Positions 8,327 to 17,604 of a DNA stretch of 64,000 bases are shown one piece after another; position 1 is the first letter of the stretch; the number at the start of each line of letters is the position of its first letter. Where the stretch lies: positions 7,066 to 71,065 of IMG/VR virus record IMGVR_UViG_3300024518_002390; one strand, 5' to 3'. The DNA is from a virus. Taxonomy: Duplodnaviria > Caudoviricetes. The notes under the pieces are model-generated. The model searched no databases and was not told where the DNA came from. It was given only the letters and a program-made list of their open reading frames with translations. The position numbers were made by a program, and so were the translations under genes.

Positions 8327-9100
8327 TGCCTACCTAAAAGCACACTCTCACGAATGCGCTTTTAACTAGGCAGGCCATCGCTTGCGCGACGCGGTTCCAG
8401 TTTACGAATCAACGTTTGGGTGTCGGCCGGACGGCCTGCTCAGTTTTTTGTTGCACTTGCCAAGGGGTGCTAAGTCCTCAGTCGTTCCATGTGCGTTGGG
8501 TGATGTATCCCGGCTCCACTTTATATTGCGTGTCCCGTCCGTGGGAGCGGCTTGCACAAACTACAAACACCGCCGCAATCTTCAAAGTGGAGCGCTTCCA
8601 CTTTTTATTCGTCTCGCACTTCCCTACCGGCGTCGGACTTTTTAACGTCCTACTTTCTAGCGCTGAGATTTCCGCAATTGGAATTCAGCTTGGGATTGGC
8701 AGTAGGCCGGGAGTCGAATCCCTGTATTAAGCCTTGCACCTCTGCATCACCTGCTCCGGGAGTTTGTTGCTTTACGACAGGACGCTGGCCACCTGTGCCA
8801 GTACCCTTCAGTACATCCGTGTACCGCGTGCTTTCACCGATGACGTGTTCGGCCGAGTATCTCTCGTTTAAGAAATGCCGCATCGAAGTGTTGCGGCTTA
8901 CGTCGTGGCCACCAAAAAGCAAGGCCGCAAAAATGGCGAGGCCAATCAAGGTCGCCCGTTTGCGCGTCGTGCTGTTTGTCGTACCTGTGTCCATAACCCG
9001 CAAATGCCGCTATATAAAGTCTGCGGTCAATACCAGATGTAAACTTTCTTCGGTGGGGGGCGGTAAGTTATTGTTGATCAAAGGAATTTAGTTGGGTCGG
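8327..9100 (-). ncRNA. candidate large structured RNA / early control region
   Basis: No convincing gene. Many hairpins, including a 21-bp stem (one mismatch, several G-U pairs) capped by the GNRA loop GUGA (8327-8372), TCGC-GCAA-GCGA (8378-8389) and the perfect stem AAAGTGGA/TCCACTTT (8584-8604). Confidence 0.4.
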
Positions 9101-9221
9101 AAAAGCTGTCAAACCGCTGTCAACGCTCGATTTCAGCGGTTTTGCGCCACTTTTTGGTACGTTTTATAGACCGTTTCTGTTGACAGAAAATGTGTCAAAG
9201 AGGCCTGCGTTGACCAAGCTG

Positions 9222-9761
9222 TCAGGCCGACAGTGTCGAGCGCTTATCTCCCAAAACGACTACGTGAATTAGGCCATGTTTGACATAGCTTGGAAAAGCT
9301 TTGTCAACCAATCCAACAAACTTGTCTGGGTGCTGTAATACGGCCTTCGCTGACACAGGCACCCGACACTCTCTGAGATACTCAACTGTCAATTTGACAT
9401 ACAAATGGAATACCCCTATGGCAAAGTTTCGACCGCGTACTTTGGTGGGGTTCCATTCACACGACAGTTGGTAAAGGAAGGCCGCTACTTTACCAACCAT
9501 TGCAAATTGCTTGGGCTGCATTTTCTTCAAAACCCCCAGCGGAGCAACGCCGATCTTTTCATGGTTGAGCAGTATGTCGGTAAGGCGGTCGTAGAACAGT
9601 CGGCAGTACTCGTCTCCTACGTCGATCTCGGCTTGCTGAGACGCACTGGCCTTAGCGGAGTAATTCCCTTGTCGTATTTCGCAGATGGCTTTTAGCTCTC
9701 GCCATTGTTTGTTATCAAATCCTGCCCCAAGTAAAAAGTTTTTTGTGTCTATAAAATCCAT
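9222..9761 (-). CDS. hypothetical protein (179 aa)
   Basis: Long ORF with plausible start; no recognised family. Confidence 0.7.
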   Translation of the reverse strand: MDFIDTKNFLLGAGFDNKQWRELKAICEIRQGNYSAKASASQQAEIDVGDEYCRLFYDRLTDILLNHEKIGVAPLGVLKKMQPKQFAMVGKVAAFLYQLSCEWNPTKVRGRNFAIGVFHLYVKLTVEYLRECRVPVSAKAVLQHPDKFVGLVDKAFPSYVKHGLIHVVVLGDKRSTLSA

Positions 9762-9796
9762 TGGTAGACCTGGCCTCGCGTAATCTATTTGGTTAA

Positions 9797-9854
9797 GCCT
9801 CCCCCTCTCTACTCTACATAGTAGAGAGAGGGGGAGGCCTTTATAGTAACTATA
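9797..9854. promoter_or_regulatory. paired palindromes (14-bp inverted repeat plus TATAGTAACTATA), possible operator/origin
   Basis: GCCTCCCCCTCTCT at 9797-9810 is exactly complementary to 9825-9838; perfect dyad at 9842-9854. Confidence 0.5.
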
Positions 9855-9864
9855 CGGATTGGAA

Positions 9865-10074
9865 TTAGAAAATTGTGTTGATAGGTTCCCTACCTATCTC
9901 CTTAGCAAAAGCCACAGAGGCATCCAGCTCATACCTTGTTGGATCAGACAGGCCGTTGCCGCCAAGCTTATAGTACGGCAGACCCTTCCTTCTCCAGTTG
10001 TAAATGGTTGTACGTGTGACCCCAAACATCTTGCAGAGGTCCAACGTTGTTAGTTCCGTCTTTGGTTCGGCCAT
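9865..10074 (-). CDS. small winged-HTH DNA-binding protein (Xis/MerR/Nu1-like)
   Basis: LTTLDLCKMFGVTRTTIYNWRRKGLP...RY. Confidence 0.8.
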   Translation of the reverse strand: MAEPKTELTTLDLCKMFGVTRTTIYNWRRKGLPYYKLGGNGLSDPTRYELDASVAFAKEIGREPINTIF

Positions 10075-10114
10075 GTTTAATCTCCGGTTGGCATGGTGTA
10101 CATATTCTAGCTGT

Positions 10115-10140
10115 TAAAAACCCGGCAACGAAGCCGGGTT
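10115..10140 (-). terminator. Rho-independent terminator at the end of the structural/lysis operon
   Basis: AACCCGGC-TTCGTT-GCCGGGTT followed by a T run on the minus strand. Confidence 0.75.
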
Positions 10141-10168
10141 GGTTATTTAACTATACAGCAGGCCTACA

Positions 10169-10627
10169 CTAATCGGAAGCGGCATAGACCCCTGCGGCCC
10201 CGATCGCCACAAGGAGCACGCGGTAGTACCACTTCTCCCGCAAGCGCTCGGAACGCTCCCAGGCCAACTGTTCCTCACGTAGCTTTGTTATCTGTTCCTG
10301 CGCCTTGGCAGCCGCCAGTATTGCTTCTTCCCTGTCGAGCATAACCTCCAGCGCCATTGCATTAGCTTCAGCCACCTCAGTATTACCGATGGCGAGTTCC
10401 TTATGCGCCTCCAATGCATCAATGTCACTAGCCCGCGTGTATCCGACGACATCGCATTGTTCATTGCTCGGATAGCATTCCAGGGGCGGTATGCTAGGAA
10501 GCGAAGACGGGTACGTAGGCTCGGCCTCCACAGCCTTAAAGGTTGCGAAGTCGTACGTTATGGTTGGCGGCGCTGTTTCACAGGCGCTTATTAAACTCGC
10601 GCATACGATCAGCAAGATTAGTCGCAT
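10169..10627 (-). CDS. spanin-like lipoprotein with C-terminal hydrophobic segment
   Basis: Lipobox MRLILLIVCASLISAC; Pro-rich linker; coiled coil; C-terminal VLLVAIGAAGVYAA. Overlaps the upstream spanin-like gene. Confidence 0.65.
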   Translation of the reverse strand: MRLILLIVCASLISACETAPPTITYDFATFKAVEAEPTYPSSLPSIPPLECYPSNEQCDVVGYTRASDIDALEAHKELAIGNTEVAEANAMALEVMLDREEAILAAAKAQEQITKLREEQLAWERSERLREKWYYRVLLVAIGAAGVYAASD

Positions 10628-10877
10628 TGCTTTTCTCCAGTTGTTTGACACGTTCCTCGGCCGCCGCTTTCGATTTCTTTGACTTGTTGAATAGCACTTC
10701 GGCTTTGGCTCCTAACTTGGTGGCTTTTTTGAGATTGGTTTTCTTGCCCTTAGCAAGCTCGCCTATCTCCCTTTCTGTTATTGCCTCCGAGCGTTGTTTG
10801 TGGCGCCTGCTTGCAGACACAAAATGCATACCTACCACAAACACAATAAAGGCACCGATCCATTTCAAATACTTCAT
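10578..10877 (-). CDS. inner-membrane spanin-like protein (Rz-like)
   Basis: N-terminal TM (WIGAFIVFVVGMHFV) plus coiled coil; follows the holin. Confidence 0.6.
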   Translation of the reverse strand: MKYLKWIGAFIVFVVGMHFVSASRRHKQRSEAITEREIGELAKGKKTNLKKATKLGAKAEVLFNKSKKSKAAAEERVKQLEKSNATNLADRMREFNKRL

Positions 10878-11239
10878 TCTGTTCCACTCCATCTAGCCTC
10901 CAGCGCTGGCCACTTCTTATACGTGAAAAAGCTTATGAGCCGGTAAACTGTAGGCGACGTGAATCCAACTGCAAGCGCGGCCCATATTTCGTACTGGTCG
11001 GGTGGCCACAGTATGTATGTGGGAATAAACGCAGACACCAGTGCCAACGCTCTCAGTATTACAACGTGGCCTTGCTTTGGCATGTCTGGGAATAGCACAG
11101 ACATTGGTATCGTGCGCTTGACCCACTGCGTAACTACAAAGCCAAACAAGAGGCCGAGCAAAATTGCCCAACCCTGTACAGGCAGGGCCTCGGCCCATTC
11201 CAAAACGGAGGCCAGCCATTTGCTTATTACTTCAGTCAT
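10874..11239 (-). CDS. putative holin (3-4 TM segments)
   Basis: Multiple hydrophobic helices, basic C-terminus, lysis-cassette position. Confidence 0.65.
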   Translation of the reverse strand: MTEVISKWLASVLEWAEALPVQGWAILLGLLFGFVVTQWVKRTIPMSVLFPDMPKQGHVVILRALALVSAFIPTYILWPPDQYEIWAALAVGFTSPTVYRLISFFTYKKWPALEARWSGTE

Positions 11240-11250
11240 GTTGTTCTCCT

Positions 11251-11601
11251 CTAGTACTCAGGGTCGCCGTTTGTTCGGACGTATGGCGGAGGTTCGTTGC
11301 CAGTACTTTCCTTTACCATCCAGCGCATGAAATGTGACAACTCGCGCACTATATGACGTAGTGCTCTGTTCGACTCAATGTATTGTTGATGGTAGGCCAT
11401 CTCTGTTTCAAAGTGCTCGGCCAGCATCGCATGCGTGTCCTTGCTTCCAAAATCATGCTCGTCGGGATCCAAGTGCATGTCTCGCAATTGCCTGGTCATG
11501 TAAAACATTTTCATCGCCCATATAAACGTGGGCACAAGAACCCCGAGTAAAATTCCTATCACCAAATCTATTGACACTGTTACTTCTCCCATTTCTCGCA
11601 C
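11251..11601 (-). CDS. single-TM lysis-cassette protein (holin/antiholin-like)
   Basis: N-terminal TM LVIGILLGVLVPTFIWA; lies between endolysin and holin. Confidence 0.55.
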   Translation of the reverse strand: MREMGEVTVSIDLVIGILLGVLVPTFIWAMKMFYMTRQLRDMHLDPDEHDFGSKDTHAMLAEHFETEMAYHQQYIESNRALRHIVRELSHFMRWMVKESTGNEPPPYVRTNGDPEY

Positions 11602-11606
11602 TCCAT

Positions 11607-12209
11607 TTAAGAGTAGGCGCGGCGAAGCCAGCCCTTTAGAAACACGGCCAGGTCTTCATATTTCTTCCCGGACGCCCGTCTAACTCCGGCCTTGCGCAGA
11701 GCATTGTTGCGCATAACCAAGGCATAGTAAAAGCCTGCCTGTGTACATCTCAGAGCAGGTATGAGCAGTTTTGGTGTGGCCGTGTTGATAGCTGCAAAAC
11801 TTATCGGGCCGAGGACACCGTCGTCTGTTACCTCTACACCAACAGCACGCAGGGCACGCTGCACAAGCTTATGGGCCTGCTTGCCTCCCATGTTGACGGA
11901 CATATCCAACACCTTAACGGCCACGCCAGCGTTATCAATGTTATCGTATTTGTACGCCTGCCACCAGTTCTTTCGATAAAACCTTTTCGCATCGACCCGC
12001 GTCATTGCTTTAATGTCGTCCCGGTCCACGTCACCATCCTTGTCGATGTCTCCATCAAGAAAACCGTCGCCGTCTGCATCAGCCAGGTCTTTCAAATAGC
12101 GCAGGCTTATGCCGAAGTCGGTTGCACCTCCGGGGTCATGTTTGTTGTCAGTAAAACCCCCTTCATGCTCTAACACATTGGCCACGGCCAACTCAAAGTT
12201 GCTTGCCAT
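11607..12209 (-). CDS. endolysin, glycoside hydrolase family 108 with peptidoglycan-binding domain
   Basis: VLEHEGGFTDNKHDPGGATDFGIS (EGG catalytic motif), D..VNMG, LQRAL..DGVLGP, FLKGWLRR. Confidence 0.9.
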   Translation of the reverse strand: MASNFELAVANVLEHEGGFTDNKHDPGGATDFGISLRYLKDLADADGDGFLDGDIDKDGDVDRDDIKAMTRVDAKRFYRKNWWQAYKYDNIDNAGVAVKVLDMSVNMGGKQAHKLVQRALRAVGVEVTDDGVLGPISFAAINTATPKLLIPALRCTQAGFYYALVMRNNALRKAGVRRASGKKYEDLAVFLKGWLRRAYS

Positions 12210-12583
12210 TATCCTGCTCCTTCTAATAGTTGTCTGCGTTCTTCTTCTTGCAACTTACGTATGAACTGTTGCTTGGACCTTAGCTCGGCCTTCAACAATG
12301 CCAATTCATCTTCATCACTTTCGATTTCGATTTGCAACTTGAGAATGGCAATTTCCTGTTCGAGTAATTGCGACAGTGTATAAGCATTAAAGCCCGCCTG
12401 TGTTTGCTTTGCATCACCGCCCTCGGCCATCATTACTGCATGCACTTCCTCGGCCTCGGCCTCAGTAACGATGTACGGATCAACCTTGTCAGCTATATCA
12501 CTGCCTGACGAGATTACGGCCGCCGCCGTTAAGAATATTGCAGCCAAGCTGCCGAGTGTAATCTTCTGTTTTTTGGTAGGCAT
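12209..12583 (-). CDS. membrane-anchored coiled-coil hypothetical protein
   Basis: N-terminal hydrophobic segment; heptad-rich C-terminus. Confidence 0.6.
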   Translation of the reverse strand: MPTKKQKITLGSLAAIFLTAAAVISSGSDIADKVDPYIVTEAEAEEVHAVMMAEGGDAKQTQAGFNAYTLSQLLEQEIAILKLQIEIESDEDELALLKAELRSKQQFIRKLQEEERRQLLEGAG

Positions 12584-12592
12584 GTCGGCCTC

Positions 12593-12946
12593 CTATCTAC
12601 TGTTAATTGCAAACTGTTTCCACGCAGTACCCAATGGGGTGGCTGCGTCATACAAAGTAAGTCTTGCTATAAGATTTTCTTGTATTGGTAGGCCGGAGTT
12701 ATGCAACTCTAGCTCCAACAAATATATGGAGGGAACACCCTTCACCGTTGTCACAGTGCGGCCCCAAAAAAATACATTGGCATCTACATTGCTGTCGAGT
12801 GCAACTAATACGGCCAGCGTGTCACGGTCGAGTATGTCCATCGTAACTCGGTTAAGTGGCGCAGCATCTATCGGCGTTTTATTCTTGCCAATAGTTAAGG
12901 CCAGTTTGATTGGTTGAAGGACTCCTGTGGTTACTTTTACGGCCAT
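12593..12946 (-). CDS. beta-sandwich (BppU-N/Ig-like) fibre-module protein
   Basis: Alternating beta-strand pattern; lies directly downstream of the large fibre gene. Confidence 0.5.
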   Translation of the reverse strand: MAVKVTTGVLQPIKLALTIGKNKTPIDAAPLNRVTMDILDRDTLAVLVALDSNVDANVFFWGRTVTTVKGVPSIYLLELELHNSGLPIQENLIARLTLYDAATPLGTAWKQFAINSR

Positions 12947-12953
12947 GTCAATC

Positions 12954-15900
12954 TCACCTTATAAGAATAAATTGGTATGTCTCCGACACATCTATCACGT
13001 CGGGGTCGTTGTACCCGGTCAGTTCGTTTCCTGGTACAAATACTTGCGGAGCATTGGCCGTAATAATCATGCTGGCCGTTGCCAACTGTACTACATGACC
13101 CTCCGATGTAACAGCGTTTGGAGATGTCGGGGTAATTGTAAGCGTGCCGCTGGGAAGCGTTACGACTTGATGCTCGGCAGTTACCGCCTGTGGTGCGTTC
13201 GGAGTCAGCGTTATTACGGCCGTGCCTATCTGTGAGGTGTTCGGATTGAATACCTCTACAATCGGCGCGTTCGGCGTTAGGATCAAGCTTGCGCTTGGCA
13301 ATACTGCTATGTTCTTTTCAGTTGTTACGGCCTGTGGTGCGTTGTTAGTAAGAGTTAAGCTTACACTTGGCAGGAATACAGTTTCTCCAGCCGTCGTAAT
13401 TGCCTGTGGTGCGTTCGGTGTAATTGTCAGCGAGGCAGAAGGCAGTGTAGAAATATGTTTCTCTGTTACTACTGCCTGCGGTGCGTTGGCCGTAACAGTT
13501 AAGTTCACACTTGGCAGTGTAGAAATATGTTTCTCTGTTACTACTGCCTGCGGTGCGTTGTTGGTAAGGGTTAGAGCAACGCTTGGTAACAGCGAAACCT
13601 CACCCTCAGTTGTTACAGCTTGCGGTACATTGGCCGTAATGGTTAAGCTTGCGCTAGGCAGTTGAGAAGTATTCGCTGCGGCCTCAGTGGTTACCGCCTG
13701 TGGTGCGTTCGGTGCTAGGGTTAAGCTTGCGCTAGGCAGTTGAGAAATATGTTTCTCTGTTACTACTGCCTGCGGTGCGTTCGGGATCAATGTCAAACTT
13801 ATGCTTGGTAACAGCGACACCTCACCTTGCGTTGTTACGGCCTGTGGTGCGTTGGCCGTAACAACCAAAGAAGCGCTCGGTATCTGCGATATGTGCTTCT
13901 CTGTCGTGATAGCGCTCGGTATCTGCGCTGTCAGCGTAATGTCAGCGCTTGTCAGCGTTGAAATGTGCTTTTCTGTAGCTGTTGCTTGGGGTATGTTCGG
14001 CGTCAGCGACAGGGCCGCTGAGGGCAGGAGCGAAACCTCACCCTCAGTGGTTACAGCTTGTGGTGCATTTGGTGTAAGCGTCAGCGTTGCACTAGGCAAT
14101 GTTGACAGGTGCTTCTCAGTCGTTACCGCCTGTGGTGCATTAGCTGTTACCGTCAACGACGCACTTGGCAGTGTCGAATAATTATTCTCTGTCGCTATCG
14201 CGTCGGGTACATTCGCTGTCACAATCAAGCTGGCCGAGGCAAGCTGGCTAATATGTTTCTCTGTTACTACAACCTGCGGCGCATTGTTTGTCAGTGTTAA
14301 AGTGGCGGTCGCCAATTGCGATGTGTTGTTTTCTCCCGGCGGGGCTCCTGCTGCCGATTCAATTAGTAATGGACGCCGATCTGGCTGGAACACCTGCCAC
14401 GGATCAGCGAACAGATCGCGTAGCAATGCTAAATCGTTAAAGGCGTTATCTCTGAAAAAGTACACGCACAGGATCTCGCCCTCGAACGGATTGCCGCCGA
14501 CCGCATTGGCCCATAGCGTCTGATCGCGGCCTGTGGTTGGCGAATAGCCTGACGTCTCAGTTGCGCTTGGCGTGCCTACACCAGCCGTGCCATCTTCACG
14601 GATCGAACGGCAGTTGACCGCGTAGTTACCCGGCGTCGACTCAAATACGAAGCCGCTGACTAGGTTCCATGCGTCGCTCTGGACTTGGCCAGCGAGGATT
14701 GTCTTGGTCGTTGAGCCGGTGCGAATTCTGGTGCGCACTGTATTGGAACTGTTCGAGCCGACCATCAAGTTATGGTCTTGCTCGCCGCTGCCATCATCGA
14801 AGCAATAGATCCTCGGATCTACACTGCCGATTGCGCCATCGCCTTGTGGCCTGAAGATGGCAATGCACGACATTACATCGCCCAACTCCATACCAAGATC
14901 AGACTCGGCTGCCGGTGTTTTTGCATGTAGATATTCAGTGCCGCTGGTCTGCTCGACACGCACGCTCGATGCCATGCCGCCCATGTACGGCACTTGCTTG
15001 ACGTACATCAGGCTATTCGCGCCAGTGGCTACCTCGCGTACGCGCATCACATACGGCGTATTCAGAATCGGGATCGAACCGAAATCAGTAGTCGCCGCAC
15101 CTGAATCATCACCATGAACCGCTGACCACGCTGGCACGATGGCAGCAACGCAATGCTGGCCGAAGATGTTGCTGCCGTCGAACGGCCTTGGACCGTCGGG
15201 CATGTTACGGCATGGCTGGTAACGAATTGGATAGACGTCAGTCTGTGCAGCAGCGGCGGCGGTGGATTCGATTAGTAATGGAACACGACGCGGTTCAAAT
15301 ATCTGCCACGGATTGTCGTTAAAGGACTGCGCCTCATCATCGGTCAGCTCGCGATCCCATGCACAGCCAAGCAAGCATGGCGACAACGCTGGTTGATTGC
15401 CAACGCTGGTCGGATCACCCATGAATCGTGCAACGTCACCCGATGGGGTAATACTGCTGGCCGAAGTCAGTTGTTCTTTCGCCCCATCGTGCCAAACCGC
15501 ATAATCTTTGTGCTGGCCAAGGGCGGCGCTGTTGGTAAAGCCGACAACGTGGCGGACGCTATCAGTTACAACGCTAAATGCAGTATTGGTGCCTCCATTT
15601 GAAAATTCACAGCGGATTACGCCACTGCTATAGGCGAGGCGTTGCTCGGCACCGCTACCGCCGCTACCAGTTCCCCACAACGTATCGTTGGTCGAGGGAT
15701 TATGTCCGGCAAGCACCAATAACATGCTTGATGGATTTTGTCCGGTAACAACAGCGCCAGAAATACGCATACCGGTGGCAACAACAGAGCCAGAGTTCTT
15801 ATCGGCAAGTCCGTGCGCCGTTGACTCATGGAATGGAACGGCAGCTTGCACGGCCTGCAAGGAGAACTCGTTATTGACCGCATTGAAGCCGAACGCACTG

Positions 15901-17234
15901 GCAGACTCTGCATCCGTTACCCACGGACAATAGGCAACACGCAAGCCGCGCGTCAGCGGGTTCGATGAATCAATGCCAACTGGTCCGGGCGGCTGTTGTG
16001 TCCACGGAATGCGCCGCAACGGATAGGCGTCTGTCTGTGCGCTGCCGCCAGCGTCCTCAGTTGTTACGGCCGAATGTGTGGTAACGGCCAGCGTTAAGGA
16101 GGCGCTTGGAAGTGAGGAAATGTTTTTATCAGTACTGACTGCGGAATGCGTGGTAACGGCCAGGGTTAGCGATGCACTTGGAAGCTGTGATATATTTTTG
16201 TCTGTTGTTATAGCTGAGTGCGTTGTGACCGTTAAGGTTAACGCAATGTTGGGTAGCTCGGATCTATCGTTATCCCCGGACTCAACAATATGCGTGGTAA
16301 CGGCCAGGGTTAGCGACGCAGACGGTAACTCGGCAATATGTTTTTCTGTTGTTATAGCCGAGTGTGTGGTAACGGCCAGCGTCAATGCAGCAGACGGAGG
16401 CTGACTTAAATGGTGCTCGGTTGCCTCTGCGCTTGGGGCATTGTTCGTCAACGTAAGGTTAACACTGACACCCTCCGCAAAGTTGTTATCTGAGGCGACC
16501 GCTGTATGCGTAGTGATCGCAAGCGTCAAGGACACTGAGGGCAAGACAGAGGTATTCGGGTCGAATGTCTCAACCGTATGTGTAGTAACAGCTAGGGTCA
16601 GCGTTGCACTGGCCAGATTTGAGAGGTGTTTCTCTGTAGTTACGGCCGTATGCGTCGTGGTCGTTACGGTCAGAGAAGTAGATGGCAATTCGCTGGTATT
16701 AGGATCAGCGGCTGCCGGAACTGTGGCCGTCGGTGTTACGTCATGCGCAGTCGGAAATGCCGAGCCGCCAGTCAGCAGTTGGAACGTAATTGTTTCGCCG
16801 CCGCTCAATTCTGCCGAACGGAAGTTGATGGCGAAATAAAACTCTCGGTTTACGCCGCCAGTCAAATTAGTTGCGAACAGGGCATCGACTTCATCCAGTT
16901 CCGAACCGATAAATTGTGTCGAATGAGAAGTAAGTCTTTCAGTGTTCGCAGTTGCGCCATCAGTATCGCCGGAGGCGGCCGAGCGTACGTTACTCGAAGT
17001 GGCATTGACATTGTTAAAGCCGCCGCCGTCAACATCATATTGAAGCTGAAAGTCGCCGGTGGCGCTCATGTCGCCGTCGTTGGTGACCTTAACGATCAGG
17101 CAGTAGTCGGAATCCAGTGTGATTTCGTAGCTATTGTCCTCGGTACCAACAAGCGTATACGCCTCATGCGCACCACCAGTGATCGGCGTGCAGAATCGAT
17201 AATGGACAAGGTCAGGATTGGCAGCAGAACTCAT
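12954..17234 (-). CDS. large fibre/adhesin: about 27 repeats of ~24 aa (LPSASLTLT) flanking two LamG/ConA-like lectin domains
   Basis: 9 repeats ending VTTH, two ~270-aa beta-rich domains each closed by (N/D)PWQ(I/V)F.P.R.PLLIES, then 18 repeats containing NAPQAVTTE. Confidence 0.8.
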   Translation of the reverse strand: MSSAANPDLVHYRFCTPITGGAHEAYTLVGTEDNSYEITLDSDYCLIVKVTNDGDMSATGDFQLQYDVDGGGFNNVNATSSNVRSAASGDTDGATANTERLTSHSTQFIGSELDEVDALFATNLTGGVNREFYFAINFRSAELSGGETITFQLLTGGSAFPTAHDVTPTATVPAAADPNTSELPSTSLTVTTTTHTAVTTEKHLSNLASATLTLAVTTHTVETFDPNTSVLPSVSLTLAITTHTAVASDNNFAEGVSVNLTLTNNAPSAEATEHHLSQPPSAALTLAVTTHSAITTEKHIAELPSASLTLAVTTHIVESGDNDRSELPNIALTLTVTTHSAITTDKNISQLPSASLTLAVTTHSAVSTDKNISSLPSASLTLAVTTHSAVTTEDAGGSAQTDAYPLRRIPWTQQPPGPVGIDSSNPLTRGLRVAYCPWVTDAESASAFGFNAVNNEFSLQAVQAAVPFHESTAHGLADKNSGSVVATGMRISGAVVTGQNPSSMLLVLAGHNPSTNDTLWGTGSGGSGAEQRLAYSSGVIRCEFSNGGTNTAFSVVTDSVRHVVGFTNSAALGQHKDYAVWHDGAKEQLTSASSITPSGDVARFMGDPTSVGNQPALSPCLLGCAWDRELTDDEAQSFNDNPWQIFEPRRVPLLIESTAAAAAQTDVYPIRYQPCRNMPDGPRPFDGSNIFGQHCVAAIVPAWSAVHGDDSGAATTDFGSIPILNTPYVMRVREVATGANSLMYVKQVPYMGGMASSVRVEQTSGTEYLHAKTPAAESDLGMELGDVMSCIAIFRPQGDGAIGSVDPRIYCFDDGSGEQDHNLMVGSNSSNTVRTRIRTGSTTKTILAGQVQSDAWNLVSGFVFESTPGNYAVNCRSIREDGTAGVGTPSATETSGYSPTTGRDQTLWANAVGGNPFEGEILCVYFFRDNAFNDLALLRDLFADPWQVFQPDRRPLLIESAAGAPPGENNTSQLATATLTLTNNAPQVVVTEKHISQLASASLIVTANVPDAIATENNYSTLPSASLTVTANAPQAVTTEKHLSTLPSATLTLTPNAPQAVTTEGEVSLLPSAALSLTPNIPQATATEKHISTLTSADITLTAQIPSAITTEKHISQIPSASLVVTANAPQAVTTQGEVSLLPSISLTLIPNAPQAVVTEKHISQLPSASLTLAPNAPQAVTTEAAANTSQLPSASLTITANVPQAVTTEGEVSLLPSVALTLTNNAPQAVVTEKHISTLPSVNLTVTANAPQAVVTEKHISTLPSASLTITPNAPQAITTAGETVFLPSVSLTLTNNAPQAVTTEKNIAVLPSASLILTPNAPIVEVFNPNTSQIGTAVITLTPNAPQAVTAEHQVVTLPSGTLTITPTSPNAVTSEGHVVQLATASMIITANAPQVFVPGNELTGYNDPDVIDVSETYQFILIR
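13441..13560. repeat. exact 48-nt tandem duplication (period 72) inside the fibre gene
   Basis: GGCAGTGTAGAAATATGTTTCTCTGTTACTACTGCCTGCGGTGCGTTG at 13441 and 13513; near-copy at about 13736. Confidence 0.85.
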
Positions 17235-17602
17235 GCGACACCATCCTCGGCAATAGGCCGAGTCGCTGACTTACGCTTGAAGCCTGGGTCGTCCTTAGCG
17301 CGTCGGTAAATCTCGTCATACACTTGACGGCTAATCCACGCACCCTGCAGCACGGCACGGACACCACCGATGCCAATACCTTGCCCAAGATGCTGCAACA
17401 GGTCAGCATATTTATTCGTGCCATGCCAGCCGATCAGATCGGAGAAAATGTAGATGTCCCACTGATGTAGCACAACGCGGCCGACCGCCCCCGGACCCTT
17501 AACGGTATCATCGAAAGCAATAGCCTGAACGTTGTGCGCAGGGGCATCCTCCGGCCTACCTTTAAAGGTAGAACCGTCTCCGTAGTAGACAACAAAATCC
17601 AT
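17231..17602 (-). CDS. fibre-module hypothetical protein
   Basis: 123-aa ORF coupled to the fibre start (ATGA overlap). Confidence 0.7.
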   Translation of the reverse strand: MDFVVYYGDGSTFKGRPEDAPAHNVQAIAFDDTVKGPGAVGRVVLHQWDIYIFSDLIGWHGTNKYADLLQHLGQGIGIGGVRAVLQGAWISRQVYDEIYRRAKDDPGFKRKSATRPIAEDGVA

Positions 17603-17604
17603 GC

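Noticed and set aside
8440-8620. Group II intron or hammerhead signatures (GTGCG, GAGCCG, CTGAGGA)
   Set aside because: Domain V pairing and the hammerhead stem II/GAAA core could not be completed; no maturase.
8697-8724. tRNA/tmRNA-like 3' end (GGGATTCGACTCCCGGCCTACTGCCA)
   Set aside because: T-arm is non-canonical (A before TTC) and no matching acceptor 5' strand, D-arm or anticodon arm was found upstream; kept only as part of the ncRNA candidate.
9865-10074. Excisionase implying an integrating temperate phage
   Set aside because: No integrase, repressor pair or att site seen; small wHTH proteins have many roles.
13200-16700. Regularly spaced ~72-nt repeats resembling a CRISPR array
   Set aside because: In-frame coding repeats of the fibre protein; no unique spacers and no cas genes.
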